A stretch of 64,000 bases of DNA from an uncultured Gemmatimonadales bacterium (GTDB lineage Bacteria; Gemmatimonadota; Gemmatimonadetes; Gemmatimonadales; GWC2-71-9): contig CAWCVB010000006.1 in NCBI GenBank assembly GCA_963798915.1, forward strand, positions 32,001 to 96,000, in the 5' to 3' direction. Positions within the stretch are counted from its first letter, which is position 1. The number at the start of each line of letters is the position of its first letter. Positions 53,578 through 62,496 of this stretch are shown here, one piece after another. The notes under the pieces were generated by a model. That model worked only from the letters and a program-made list of their open reading frames with translations, was not told the origin of the DNA and ran no database searches. The translations under genes were made by a program, and so were the position numbers.

Positions 53578-53683
53578 AGCCCCCCGGCTCGGCGGCGTTA
53601 TCTTTCCGCCGCATCCTGACTTGATACGCTGGCCCAATGCGCCGCAACCGACGTCGCATGGGGCCGGCCCAGCCATCGAGCCT

Positions 53684-54403
53684 GTGTCCGAGCGCTACCT
53701 CGTCTGCGTCCCGACCTTTAACGAGCGTGACAACCTTCCCCAGATCGTGCCGGCAATCCTGCTCCAGGATCCTCGGCTCGAGGTGCTTGTCATTGACGAC
53801 AACTCGCCCGACGGGACGGGCGACCTTGCCGACCGGATGGCAGCCGCGGAGCCCCGCCTCCACGTCCTCCACCGGACAGCCAAGCAGGGACTGGGCCGGG
53901 CCTATCTTGCCGGGTTCGCCTGGGGATTGGAGAAGGGATACGACTTCCTCTTCGAGATGGACGCCGACTTCTCCCACGACCCCAAGTTCCTGCCCGGGTT
54001 CATGGCCACCATCCAGGACGTGGACCTGGTAATCGGGTCGCGCTATAGCCAGGGGGTGAACGTCATCAACTGGCCCATTTCGCGGTTGCTGCTCTCACTC
54101 GGCGCCAACCAGTACGCCAAGTTCGTCACCGGGCTGCGGGTGGACGACCTCACCGGCGGCTTCAAGTGCTTCCGCCGGACCGTGCTCGAGGCCATCGATT
54201 TTTCGCGGGTGCGCTCCAATGGCTATGCCTTCCAGATCGAGATGAGCTTTCGCGCGTGGAAGAAGGGATTTCAGATCAGGGAAATCCCGATTGTCTTCAC
54301 CGACCGGGTGGAAGGGCAGAGCAAGATGAGCCGCAAGATCGTGCGGGAGGCCATCTGGATGGTCTGGTCGCTTCGGCTGCGCGCCATGTTCGGGCGACTC
54401 TGA
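53684..54403 (+). CDS. polyprenol monophosphomannose synthase-like GT2
   Basis: PTFNERDN, DDNSPDGT, EMDADFSH, GSRY, TGGFKCFR, GYAFQIE, EGQSKMS; start uncertain. Confidence 0.88.
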   Translation: MSERYLVCVPTFNERDNLPQIVPAILLQDPRLEVLVIDDNSPDGTGDLADRMAAAEPRLHVLHRTAKQGLGRAYLAGFAWGLEKGYDFLFEMDADFSHDPKFLPGFMATIQDVDLVIGSRYSQGVNVINWPISRLLLSLGANQYAKFVTGLRVDDLTGGFKCFRRTVLEAIDFSRVRSNGYAFQIEMSFRAWKKGFQIREIPIVFTDRVEGQSKMSRKIVREAIWMVWSLRLRAMFGRL

Positions 54404-55248
54404 TGGCGGCGGACAGTGGGGAAGTGCCCTTTTTCAAGATGACCGGATCGGGCAACGACTTTGTCTTCCTCGACGGGCGTGCCCAGTCGGTCGGTGACTG
54501 GCCGCCCGACCGGATCGTCGCCATCTGCCACCGACGCACCGGGGTGGGCGCCGATGGTTTTGCCGTGCTGGCCCCGGACTCGGACGGCGCCGCCGTTCGC
54601 ATGCACTTCTTCAACTCCGACGGCGGCCGGGCGGAGATGTGCGGCAATGCCGCCCTCTGCAGCACCCGATTGGCGGTCCGGCTGGGCATGGCCATGCCTG
54701 AGCGCATGACCCTGGCCACGGACGCGGGCCAGCTGGAGACCCGCTGCGTGGGACCCGGCGACATGGCGGAAATTCGGCTGATGGACGGGGCCCGGGCCGT
54801 GCCGGTTCCTGAGATCCCGCTGGAGCCGGGCGAAGCCTGGATTGCGCACGCCACGGTGGGAGTGCCGCATCTGGTCACGCTGGTCGACGACGTCGACGCC
54901 GTTGACCTGGAGCGGCGCGGGCGGGCCCTCCGGCGCCATCCTGCCGCTGGACCCAACGGCGCCAACGCCAATTTCGTGAGCCGGCCAGCTGCCGCGGGCG
55001 GTCCCTGGCGCATCCGGACCTTCGAGCGGGGGGTGGAAGGTGAGACCCTCGCCTGCGGCACCGGCACCGTGGCCGCCGGCCTGGCCCTGGCGGCGCGGGA
55101 GAGGCTCGACCTCCCGATCCCCTTCGTGAGCCGGGGCGGGGCTCCGCTCTCAGTGGCTGCCGCCCTCGACGCTTCCGGAACGGCCCGGGACATCTGGCTC
55201 TGCGGGCAGGGGCGGCTGGTCTTCACCGGGACATGGCTGCCAGCCTGA
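54403..55248 (+). CDS. dapF: diaminopimelate epimerase
   Basis: KMTGSGNDF, NSDG..AEMCGN, GVPH, FERGVEGETLACGTG. Confidence 0.95.
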   Translation: MAADSGEVPFFKMTGSGNDFVFLDGRAQSVGDWPPDRIVAICHRRTGVGADGFAVLAPDSDGAAVRMHFFNSDGGRAEMCGNAALCSTRLAVRLGMAMPERMTLATDAGQLETRCVGPGDMAEIRLMDGARAVPVPEIPLEPGEAWIAHATVGVPHLVTLVDDVDAVDLERRGRALRRHPAAGPNGANANFVSRPAAAGGPWRIRTFERGVEGETLACGTGTVAAGLALAARERLDLPIPFVSRGGAPLSVAAALDASGTARDIWLCGQGRLVFTGTWLPA

Positions 55249-55536
55249 GTTGACGTCCGGCCGGGTCAGCCGGCCCGAATCCTGGCGCCTGCTGCCCGAT
55301 CCACCTCGAGCGATCCATCGCCATAGGGCAGCTCGAGCCGCGCCCCAATCCGTTCCACAATCCCTTCCACGGTCGTCAGACCATCACCCAAGAAATCACT
55401 TGAACCCTGAAACGCCACAGGCGACAGTGGCACGACGCCTGTCCTGGGGCGGCTTCGACGGGCAATCATGGCGCCTGGACCCGGCCTGATGGGGAGCCGG
55501 GGAAATCCCGGGTTTCCCACACTTATCCCCACAGGT

Positions 55537-55564
55537 ACTTAACATAACATCTCTTATACGACGT
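55537..55564 (-). other. dif: dif site (XerC/XerD chromosome dimer resolution)
   Basis: minus strand ACGTCGTATAA-GAGATG-TTATGTTAAGT, matching the 11-6-11 E. coli dif GGTGCGCATAA-TGTATA-TTATGTTAAAT (XerD arm 10/11); AT-rich island at the point where gene orientation converges. Confidence 0.9.
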
Positions 55565-55809
55565 CTGGCAGAATGCGCACGGTCCCGACAGTGTGAACCG
55601 ATCACTGCCCGTTTCATCCTCGAATCGGGTCTCGTACCACCCTCGAATCGCGTCCGGCCAGGCCGTTCAGGGCAGCTGGCGTCGCTCGGTTCGGCCCAGC
55701 CGGCGCGACCACCTGGCGGCGGCGGCGATCTCACAACAGCACGCCTGCCGCGAGGCTCCCCCCGTCCGGCGCTGAAGTTCAGCCGGCGCGTCCCGCCAAT
55801 GCCCGCGCG

Positions 55810-55844
55810 AAAAAAGCCCGCCAGGCGCCAGGCCGGGCGGGCTT
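55810..55844 (-). terminator. intrinsic terminator for the TPR gene
   Basis: AAGCCCGCC...GGCGGGCTT stem with an A6 run on plus (U tract on minus). Confidence 0.75.
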
Positions 55845-55892
55845 CAACCAGATTCGAGCAGATCTCATGTGATACCTGAACTGCGGCGCTGA

Positions 55893-56630
55893 TCAGCTCC
55901 CGGCGGTCGGCTTGGCGGGCCCCATCTGGCCCTTGGTAAGTTCGGCGAGTCGGACCGTCGCTTCGGTCTTGCTGGGCGAATCAGGATAGTCGGCCAGCAC
56001 CTTCTGATAGGCCGCTCGGGCATCGTCGAGCTTGCCGGCATTCCGGAAGGCGCGGCCCGCATCCACGAGGTATTCCGCCTTGAGGTAGTTGACATCGGTC
56101 GCTTCGGCGGCCTTCTGGTAGGCTGCCGCCGCTTCGGCCGGCTGGCCGGCCGTCTCCAGCCCCGAGGCCAGCATGCCCTGCGCCGGCGCCTGAAATTTTG
56201 GCGCCGGATTGCGTGAGAGGAAATCGCGCAGGCCCACCACCGCCAGGTCGGTCTGGCCGTTGATCAGGCGCACCTGGTTCAGCGAGATCTCGGCGTTCAG
56301 GGCGGCGTCGGTGCCACGATACGTGTCGATCAGCTTCTGCAACTCCGAGGCGGCCAGCGGCAGGTTCCCCTGCTCGGCGGCGGCCCGGGCCCGAATGAGC
56401 TCGCGGTTGGCAAACGCTTCCTTGCGACGGTTGCTGGTGACGAACATCCAGACCACCAGCGCGGTCAGCGCCAGCGCAATGCCAAGGATGAGCAGCGCCT
56501 TCCGATTCACCACCCGTCCCGCCACCGGCCTCGGGAGCGGCGCAGTATGGACCGGCCCGGCATCGGCCGGCTCGGCTGGGCGTGGATTTGCCGGGGAGGT
56601 CGCTTCGTTGCCCTGCTTGCTCTTGGCCAT
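55893..56630 (-). CDS. membrane-anchored TPR protein (YfgM-like)
   Basis: single N-terminal TM helix then TPR-like helices (YRGTDAA, ARAAYQKVLADYP). Confidence 0.78.
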   Translation of the reverse strand: MAKSKQGNEATSPANPRPAEPADAGPVHTAPLPRPVAGRVVNRKALLILGIALALTALVVWMFVTSNRRKEAFANRELIRARAAAEQGNLPLAASELQKLIDTYRGTDAALNAEISLNQVRLINGQTDLAVVGLRDFLSRNPAPKFQAPAQGMLASGLETAGQPAEAAAAYQKAAEATDVNYLKAEYLVDAGRAFRNAGKLDDARAAYQKVLADYPDSPSKTEATVRLAELTKGQMGPAKPTAGS

Positions 56631-56691
56631 GCCTGCTCGCTGGAAAATGGTGCGCTGCCCGAAAAACGGCGCGTTGCCCGGGCCGGCTCGA

Positions 56692-56765
56692 TGCCCCCGG
56701 GGCGACTCGAACGCCCGGCCAACGGTTTAGGAAACCGCTGCTCTATCCATCTGAGCTACGGGGGC
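56692..56765 (-). tRNA. tRNA-Arg(CCT)
   Basis: GCCCCCG acceptor stem, TAGCTCAG-GGATAGAGC D arm, GCGGT-TTCCTAA-ACCGT anticodon arm, GTTCGAG T loop; no encoded CCA. Confidence 0.95.
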
Positions 56766-56775
56766 AAAGCTCGGT

Positions 56776-56805
56776 AAACTACCTGTCGATCCCGTGATAA
56801 GTCAA
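56776..56805 (-). promoter_or_regulatory. putative sigma70 promoter for tRNA-Arg
   Basis: TTGACT-N18-TAGTTT on minus, 10 nt before the tRNA. Confidence 0.55.
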
Positions 56806-56851
56806 CGGCTTACGCCAGCTGGCTGGAGTCGCGCCCTTCCCGATCGCTCGG

Positions 56852-57130
56852 CTAGCCGCCCAGGATTTCGAAGGACACGAAACGCCGGTCTGGCACGGCC
56901 AGGTCGCTGGGCACTACCCGGTCCACCATCGCCAGGCGCGGCCCCGCCCGAAGCTGCTCCTCGAGCGCACTCAACGCCCGACCGCTTCCTTCGGCGACCA
57001 CTTCCACGGTCCCATCGGGGCAGTTGCGCACAAAGCCGCGCAGGTCGAGCGCACGGGCCCGCTGCCGTACAAACCACCGGAAGCCCACGCCCTGGACCCG
57101 TCCGGACACTACGAACCGCCGGCCGGTCAC
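56852..57130 (-). CDS. acyP: acylphosphatase
   Basis: VSGRVQGVGFR, GFVRN.PDGTVE. Confidence 0.95.
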   Translation of the reverse strand: MTGRRFVVSGRVQGVGFRWFVRQRARALDLRGFVRNCPDGTVEVVAEGSGRALSALEEQLRAGPRLAMVDRVVPSDLAVPDRRFVSFEILGG

Positions 57131-57768
57131 GCCACCCCGCGCCGCCGCCCTCGGACCAGCTCCATCATGATGGGCACGACCGAGAGCGCAATGATCACCA
57201 GTATCACCAGCGTAAAGTTGGAGCGTACCGCGGGAATGTTGCCGAAGAAATAGCCGCCGAGGACGAAGGCCGACACCCAGAGCGCACCACCCGCAATGTT
57301 GTAGGCGAGGAAGCGCGGATAATGCATCCCGCCCACGCCGGCGACAAACGGTGCGAAAGTGCGGATGATCGGAATGAAGCGCGCCAGGATGATGGTCTTC
57401 CCCCCATGCCGCTGGTAGAAGGCGCGGGTGCGTTCCAGGTGTTCCTGCTTCAGGAATCGGACGCGGCCGCTGAAGGCGCGTTCACCGATGCGCGCGCCGA
57501 TCCAGTAGTTCGCCGAGTCCCCGGCAATGGCCGCCAGGATGAGCAGCAGCAGAAGGACCACGAGATCGAACGATCCGAGTGCGGCGAAGGTGCCAGCGGC
57601 AAACAGCAGGGAGTCGCCTGGCAGGAATGGCGTCACCACCAGCCCCGTTTCGGCGAACACGATGAGGAACAGGATGACGTAGGACCCTGCGCCGAATCGG
57701 GCGATGATCTGGGCCAGGTGGTGGTCCAGATGCAGAAAGACGTCGATGACCTGCCGCAGGAAGTCCAT
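57127..57768 (-). CDS. dedA: DedA-family protein
   Basis: FAETGLVVTPFLPGDSLLF, ARFIPIIRTFAPFVAG. Confidence 0.93.
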   Translation of the reverse strand: MDFLRQVIDVFLHLDHHLAQIIARFGAGSYVILFLIVFAETGLVVTPFLPGDSLLFAAGTFAALGSFDLVVLLLLLILAAIAGDSANYWIGARIGERAFSGRVRFLKQEHLERTRAFYQRHGGKTIILARFIPIIRTFAPFVAGVGGMHYPRFLAYNIAGGALWVSAFVLGGYFFGNIPAVRSNFTLVILVIIALSVVPIMMELVRGRRRGVA

Positions 57769-57791
57769 GGTGCCGTCGAAAACGGGAGAGA

Positions 57792-58445
57792 TCAGGTCCA
57801 GCCGTGCTGGCCGATAAGGGGCACAAAGCGCGCATCCGAGAGGCCGGTCGCCGTGAAACCGTCACCCCGGCGCACGACCTGGGTCAGCCGCTGGGTCTCG
57901 CGGTCGCCAACCGGCACGACCAGGCGCCCCTCCTCCCGAAGTTGTGCGACCAGCGGGGCCGGAACATCGGGTGATGCGGCCGAGACGACGATACCCTCGT
58001 AGGGCGCCAGCGGCGGCCATCCCAGCGTGCCGTCTCCCACGATCAGGTGCACGTTCCGGCGCAGGCCCACGACCTCGAGCGCGCGTGCGGCGTCCGCGCT
58101 CAGACTCTGCACCCGCTCCACACTGACGACCATCTGCGCGAGTCGTGCCAGCAGCGCCGTCTGATAGCCGGACCCGGTGCCGATCTCAAGCACCGTACCG
58201 CTTCCGGTGAGCGCCATCGCCTCCAGCGAGCGAGCCTGGATCCAGGGCTGGCTGATGGTCTGTCCGTTACCGATCGGAAGCGCGACGTCGTCGTACGCCC
58301 GGTGCCACAGGTACGGGGGAACGAATTGATGCCGCGGGACCTCGGCGACTGCCCTGAGGACGGCGAGATCGCGGATACCCTTGCCACGCAGGGTCTCGAC
58401 CAGCTGCTCCCGATAACCGCCATAGCCATCGGCCGGGCCGGTCAT
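57792..58445 (-). CDS. pcm: protein-L-isoaspartate O-methyltransferase
   Basis: VPRHQFV, GQTISQP, LEIGTGSGY, GDGTLGW, RFVPL. Confidence 0.95.
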   Translation of the reverse strand: MTGPADGYGGYREQLVETLRGKGIRDLAVLRAVAEVPRHQFVPPYLWHRAYDDVALPIGNGQTISQPWIQARSLEAMALTGSGTVLEIGTGSGYQTALLARLAQMVVSVERVQSLSADAARALEVVGLRRNVHLIVGDGTLGWPPLAPYEGIVVSAASPDVPAPLVAQLREEGRLVVPVGDRETQRLTQVVRRGDGFTATGLSDARFVPLIGQHGWT

Positions 58446-59188
58446 GTGAGGTCCCAGCCACGCACGGTCTCGATCAACCCGAAATTGGTCAGATCCATTT
58501 GAAGCGGAGTGACCGAGATGAACTTTTCCGCGACGGCGACATGGTCGCTTTCCTCGCCACCGGTCCAGGTGATCGTGCCGCCGCCGATCCACATGATCTC
58601 CCGTCCCCAGGGGTCCTGCATGCGGGTCAGGGAGTCGCTGAAGTACCGGCTTCCGAGCTGGGTGACACGTACCCCACGGACCTCGCCTGGCGGACAGTCC
58701 GGCAGGTTGATGTTCAGCAGGGTGCTGGCCGGAAAGTCGGGTGCGCTGGTGATGCGCCGGACCAGGCGGACCAGCACCTCGCGGTAAGTGGCCATGGTGT
58801 CAGGCTGGTGCCCGGCAAAGGAAATCGCCACGCCAGGGACGCCCAGCATGACACCTTCCATTGCCGCGCTTACGGTGCCGGAATACAGCACATCCTCGCC
58901 CATGTTGGGGCCGTGGTTCACGCCCGAGAAGACAAAGTCCGGCCGGGCCGGCATCAGTGCTTCCAGCGCGAGCATGACGCAATCGGTCGGCGTGCCATCG
59001 ATCTGGAATGCCCCGTCCGGGCGCCGGGCGGGCCGCAGCGGCCGGTGCAACGTGAGCGAGTGGGACGTGCCGCTCTGCTCCCGATCGGGTGCGACCACCG
59101 TCACGTCCGCCACCTGACGGCAGGCGTCGGCGAGCAGGGCAAGGCCCGGCGCCAGAATGCCGTCGTCGTTGCTGCAGAGGATGTTCAT
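58442..59188 (-). CDS. surE: 5'/3'-nucleotidase SurE
   Basis: SNDDG, APDREQSG, GTPTDCV, SGVNHGPN, YSGTV. Confidence 0.96.
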   Translation of the reverse strand: MNILCSNDDGILAPGLALLADACRQVADVTVVAPDREQSGTSHSLTLHRPLRPARRPDGAFQIDGTPTDCVMLALEALMPARPDFVFSGVNHGPNMGEDVLYSGTVSAAMEGVMLGVPGVAISFAGHQPDTMATYREVLVRLVRRITSAPDFPASTLLNINLPDCPPGEVRGVRVTQLGSRYFSDSLTRMQDPWGREIMWIGGGTITWTGGEESDHVAVAEKFISVTPLQMDLTNFGLIETVRGWDLT

Positions 59189-59565
59189 CCCCTGCCCTCG
59201 TCCCGGCCATCGAGGATACCCAGCACTTCCGCGAGTCCGGCGCGCAGGTCCTGCAGTGTCTGCGTCGAGTGCGCCGACCGCGCGGCCGACTTGATCTCCC
59301 CACCGCGGCGAGCCTGATCGATCCGCTGCCTGGCGCCCTCGATGGTGTATTTCTCGGTGTAGAGGAGATGCTTGACCAGCTGGATGAATTCAACCTCACG
59401 CGCCTTGTAGACCCGATTGCCTGAGCGGTTCTTGGCCGGACTCAGGAAACGGAACTGGCTCTCCCAGTACCGCAGGACGTGCGGCTTGAGGCCGGTCAGC
59501 TCGCAGACCTCACCGATCGAGAAGAACTCCTGCCTCGGTTCCGACGCCTGTGATTTGGCTGTCAT
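59185..59565 (-). CDS. MerR-family transcriptional regulator
   Basis: FSIGEV..LTGLKPHVLRYWE, NRVY, YTIEGAR. Confidence 0.9.
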   Translation of the reverse strand: MTAKSQASEPRQEFFSIGEVCELTGLKPHVLRYWESQFRFLSPAKNRSGNRVYKAREVEFIQLVKHLLYTEKYTIEGARQRIDQARRGGEIKSAARSAHSTQTLQDLRAGLAEVLGILDGRDEGRG

Positions 59566-60560
59566 CGCCACAGCTCCGCTTTTGGTTCACGTTCCATCAG
59601 GTCCCGCACGCTGTCGGCGGCGGACTTGCCCTCGAACAGGACGGCGCGGACTTCATCGGCAATCGGCATGGTGACACCCGCGCGGCCAGCCAGTCGTCCC
59701 GCCGCATGAGCCGTGTTTGCCCCCTCCGCCACGGCGCGGTTTCGCGCCCGCCAGCTGTCGAACGACTCGCCCTGCGCCAACGCCAGGCCGAGCGCGCGGT
59801 TGCGGCTCAGGCCGCCGGTCGCCGTCAGGATGAGATCGCCCATGCCCGCCAGTCCGGCAAAGGTGGCAGGCTCTGCGCCCAGTTCCACTCCAAGCCGGGC
59901 GATCTCGGCCAGGCCGCGGGTAATCAGGGCCGCGCGAGGATTGTTCCCCAGCCCCAGACCCTCGAGAATACCGGCCGCAATCGCGATGACGTTCTTGAGC
60001 GCGCCACCGAGCTCCACGCCGATGACATCCCGGTTGGTGTAGACCCGGAACTCGGAAGTCGAAAACAGCTGCTGCGCTTCGAGCGCGCTCCCGGGGTCCG
60101 CGGAGGCTGCCACGACGGCCGTTGGCTGCCGCTCAGCGACCTCGCGAGCGAAACTGGGGCCGGAGAGCACCGCGACCCGAGCGCGAGGAACAACCTCGCT
60201 GATTACCTCGCTCATTCGCCGCAACGACTCGTCCTCGATGCCCTTCGTGGCGCTCACGATCAGACTGTCAGCCGCCAGCAGCCCGGCCACGCCGCCGAGC
60301 ACCGACCGCACCGCGTGGCTCGGGGCTGCCGAGATGATGATGCTGGCGCCGGCCACGACCATGCTGGCGTCGGCATCGGCGACCAATGACGGCGCCAGTG
60401 TGTGGCCCGGGAGGAAGAGTTCGTTTTCGTGCCGGCGGTTCACCGACTGCGCCACCTCTGGCTCGAACGCCCAGAGCGCAACCTGGTGACCGCTCCGGGC
60501 CAGCAGATCGGCCAGCGCGGTTCCCCAGCTTCCCGCCCCCAGCACCGCGACCCGGCTCAT
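59562..60560 (-). CDS. gpsA: NAD(P)H-dependent glycerol-3-phosphate dehydrogenase
   Basis: GAGSWGTAL, ATKGIE, SGPSFA, GGALKNVIAI, GDLILT..SRN. Confidence 0.96.
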   Translation of the reverse strand: MSRVAVLGAGSWGTALADLLARSGHQVALWAFEPEVAQSVNRRHENELFLPGHTLAPSLVADADASMVVAGASIIISAAPSHAVRSVLGGVAGLLAADSLIVSATKGIEDESLRRMSEVISEVVPRARVAVLSGPSFAREVAERQPTAVVAASADPGSALEAQQLFSTSEFRVYTNRDVIGVELGGALKNVIAIAAGILEGLGLGNNPRAALITRGLAEIARLGVELGAEPATFAGLAGMGDLILTATGGLSRNRALGLALAQGESFDSWRARNRAVAEGANTAHAAGRLAGRAGVTMPIADEVRAVLFEGKSAADSVRDLMEREPKAELWR

Positions 60561-61174
60561 GGCGGCGAACTCGTGGCTCGACCGCGACCGAAGCGGTTCT
60601 CCGTGCCCGCCAGCAGTCGCCCGATATTGGCTCGATGCAGCCAGACGATCCCGGCGGCGACGAGCAGCTGGATCCAGATCAGGTTCCGCTCCGCCGGATG
60701 GAGCATCCACGCTGCGATCGGCAGTACGATCGCCCCCGCCATGCTCCCGAGTGACACATATCCCGTCAGGCGCACCACGAGCAGCCACACCAGCAGCGCG
60801 ACGAGCACGGCCCACGGCGTCAGACCCAGCATGACGCCCGACGCCGTGGCGACTCCCTTGCCGCCGCGGAAACCCACAAAGACAGAGAAGACATGCCCCA
60901 GGACGGCCATGAGGCCGCAACCGATCGCGACATACTGCGAGTCGGAGACAAGCGGACCGATGAACATGACCGGAACCGCACCCTTGGCCATGTCGAAAAG
61001 GCCAACCGGCACGGCGAATCGGCCACCCAGTGTCCGGTAGAGATTGGTCGCGCCGAGGTTGCCGCTGCCGTGCTGCCGCAGGTCGATGCCGCGAAAGAGG
61101 CGTCCGGCAAGGTAGCTGGTCGGGATGGCCCCGAGCAGATATGAGGCGAACAGCGCGAGCCCGACCTCGATCAT
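60557..61174 (-). CDS. plsY: glycerol-3-phosphate acyltransferase PlsY
   Basis: YLLGAIP, GSGNLGATN, GH..F.GFRGGKGVAT, HRANI.RL..GTE. Confidence 0.96.
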   Translation of the reverse strand: MIEVGLALFASYLLGAIPTSYLAGRLFRGIDLRQHGSGNLGATNLYRTLGGRFAVPVGLFDMAKGAVPVMFIGPLVSDSQYVAIGCGLMAVLGHVFSVFVGFRGGKGVATASGVMLGLTPWAVLVALLVWLLVVRLTGYVSLGSMAGAIVLPIAAWMLHPAERNLIWIQLLVAAGIVWLHRANIGRLLAGTENRFGRGRATSSPP

Positions 61175-62496
61175 CGCCGGCGCGACCCTCGCGCCGTGAA
61201 CTTCAACCGGAGAGGCGAGCCGCTGAACTGCCAGGCGGTGCGGAAGCCATTGGTCAGGTAGCGCTGGTAGGCTTCCGGCACATCGTCAGGTCGGTTGGTC
61301 ACGATCGCGATGGTGGGCGGACTGGTGCCGACTTGGGACGCGTACAGCAGCTTGACTTCTTCACCCGGCTTCTGCGGCGGACTGTTGCGAGCAATCAGTT
61401 CCTCCAGAACCCGGTTGACCTCGGCCGTCTGCACCCGCTTCTGGCGCTCGGCGGCGACCGCGAGAATGAGATCCAGCAGCTGGTGCACCCGCTGACCGGT
61501 CACGGCTGAGACGTACATGAACGGCACGAACTTGAGAAATGGCGCCTTTTCCGTGACGATCTCTTCGCCCCGCCGTGCAGTGAGCGAGTCCTTCTCCTCG
61601 ATGAGGTCCCACTTGTTGACCGCCACGATGAGCGCCGTGCCGCGATCCCAGGCTGCCGTGGCAATACGAAGATCCTGCGCGTGCAGTCCCACCGCCGCAT
61701 CGACCACCAGCACGCACACATCGGCCCGCTCAACCGCGCGCTCGGTGCGCAAGTTGGAGTAGAACTCGAGGTTGTCGGCCACCTTCGAGCGCTTTCTCAA
61801 CCCGGCGGTGTCGATGAACGTGATGGGCTGGTCGTGATAGCGAAGCACCGTGTCGATCGCGTCACGCGTGGTGCCGGCCGTGGCCGACACGACGTGGCGC
61901 TCTTCGCCCAGGAGCCGGTTGACCAGTGAAGACTTCCCAACGTTCGGTCGCCCGACCACGGCCACGGCCACCGACGCCTCGGCCTCGGCATCCGTACGCG
62001 GAGGCAGGACCGCCACGACGGCGTCCAGCACGTCACCACTCCCCTTGCCCGACATGGCCGAGACGCCGTGTGGCTCGTCAAACCCAAGCCGATAGAAGTC
62101 GTACTGCTCAGCCGAATGCTCGAGGTTGTCCAGCTTGTTCACCGCGAGCACGACCGGACGTCCCGACTTTCGGAGGCGCTCGGCGACCGCCTGATCCACC
62201 GGGTGGAGGCCCTGGCGGCCATCGGTCAGGAATAGGATGACATCCGCCTCAGCCAGCGCGAACTCGACCTGACGGGCAATGGCCCGATCCATCGGCTCCG
62301 CCGAATCGGGCACAAGCCCGCCGGTATCGACCAGCCAGAAGTGCCTGCCCGACCACTCGGCGTCGCCGAAGTGACGATCCCGGGTCGTCCCGGCCTCTTT
62401 CGAGACGATGGCGCGGCGGCCGCCGATGATCCGGTTGAAGAGGGTGGACTTGCCGACATTGGGACGGCCCACGATCGCAACGGTCGGCTTGCTCAC
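61171..62496 (-). CDS. der: ribosome biogenesis GTPase Der (EngA)
   Basis: two GTPase domains (GRPNVGKS twice, DTGG/DTAG, NKLD/NKWD); GTG start overlaps the DUF512 stop. Confidence 0.97.
   Translation of the reverse strand: MSKPTVAIVGRPNVGKSTLFNRIIGGRRAIVSKEAGTTRDRHFGDAEWSGRHFWLVDTGGLVPDSAEPMDRAIARQVEFALAEADVILFLTDGRQGLHPVDQAVAERLRKSGRPVVLAVNKLDNLEHSAEQYDFYRLGFDEPHGVSAMSGKGSGDVLDAVVAVLPPRTDAEAEASVAVAVVGRPNVGKSSLVNRLLGEERHVVSATAGTTRDAIDTVLRYHDQPITFIDTAGLRKRSKVADNLEFYSNLRTERAVERADVCVLVVDAAVGLHAQDLRIATAAWDRGTALIVAVNKWDLIEEKDSLTARRGEEIVTEKAPFLKFVPFMYVSAVTGQRVHQLLDLILAVAAERQKRVQTAEVNRVLEELIARNSPPQKPGEEVKLLYASQVGTSPPTIAIVTNRPDDVPEAYQRYLTNGFRTAWQFSGSPLRLKFTARGSRRR

Noticed and set aside
55428..55443. 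TGGCACGACGCCTGTC as a sigma54 promoter
   Set aside because: The -24 element matches but the -12 GC is missing, and no credible gene follows
55618..55650. CCTCGAATCG direct repeat, two copies 23 bp apart
   Set aside because: Only two 10-bp copies; not a CRISPR or iteron array and plausible by chance
55771..55782. GCTGAAGTTCAG, with its reverse complement at 63870-63881
   Set aside because: Two copies of a short near-palindrome; too little to call a repeat family
55249..55892. Intergenic gap as oriC, or as small protein genes or a known ncRNA
   Set aside because: Genes converge here, a dif site is present, no dnaA/dnaN nearby; short ORFs lack motifs; no 6S, SRP, tmRNA or RNase P hallmark recognised (Rfam search not run)
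56692..56765. tRNA-Arg and tRNA-Gly as island integration sites
   Set aside because: No duplicated tRNA 3' end or integrase seen downstream; neighbours are core genes
56799..56812. IHF-like site AGTCAACGGCTTA, with weaker look-alikes near 32647 and 41894
   Set aside because: Degenerate matches that overlap promoter candidates; cannot be separated from chance by eye
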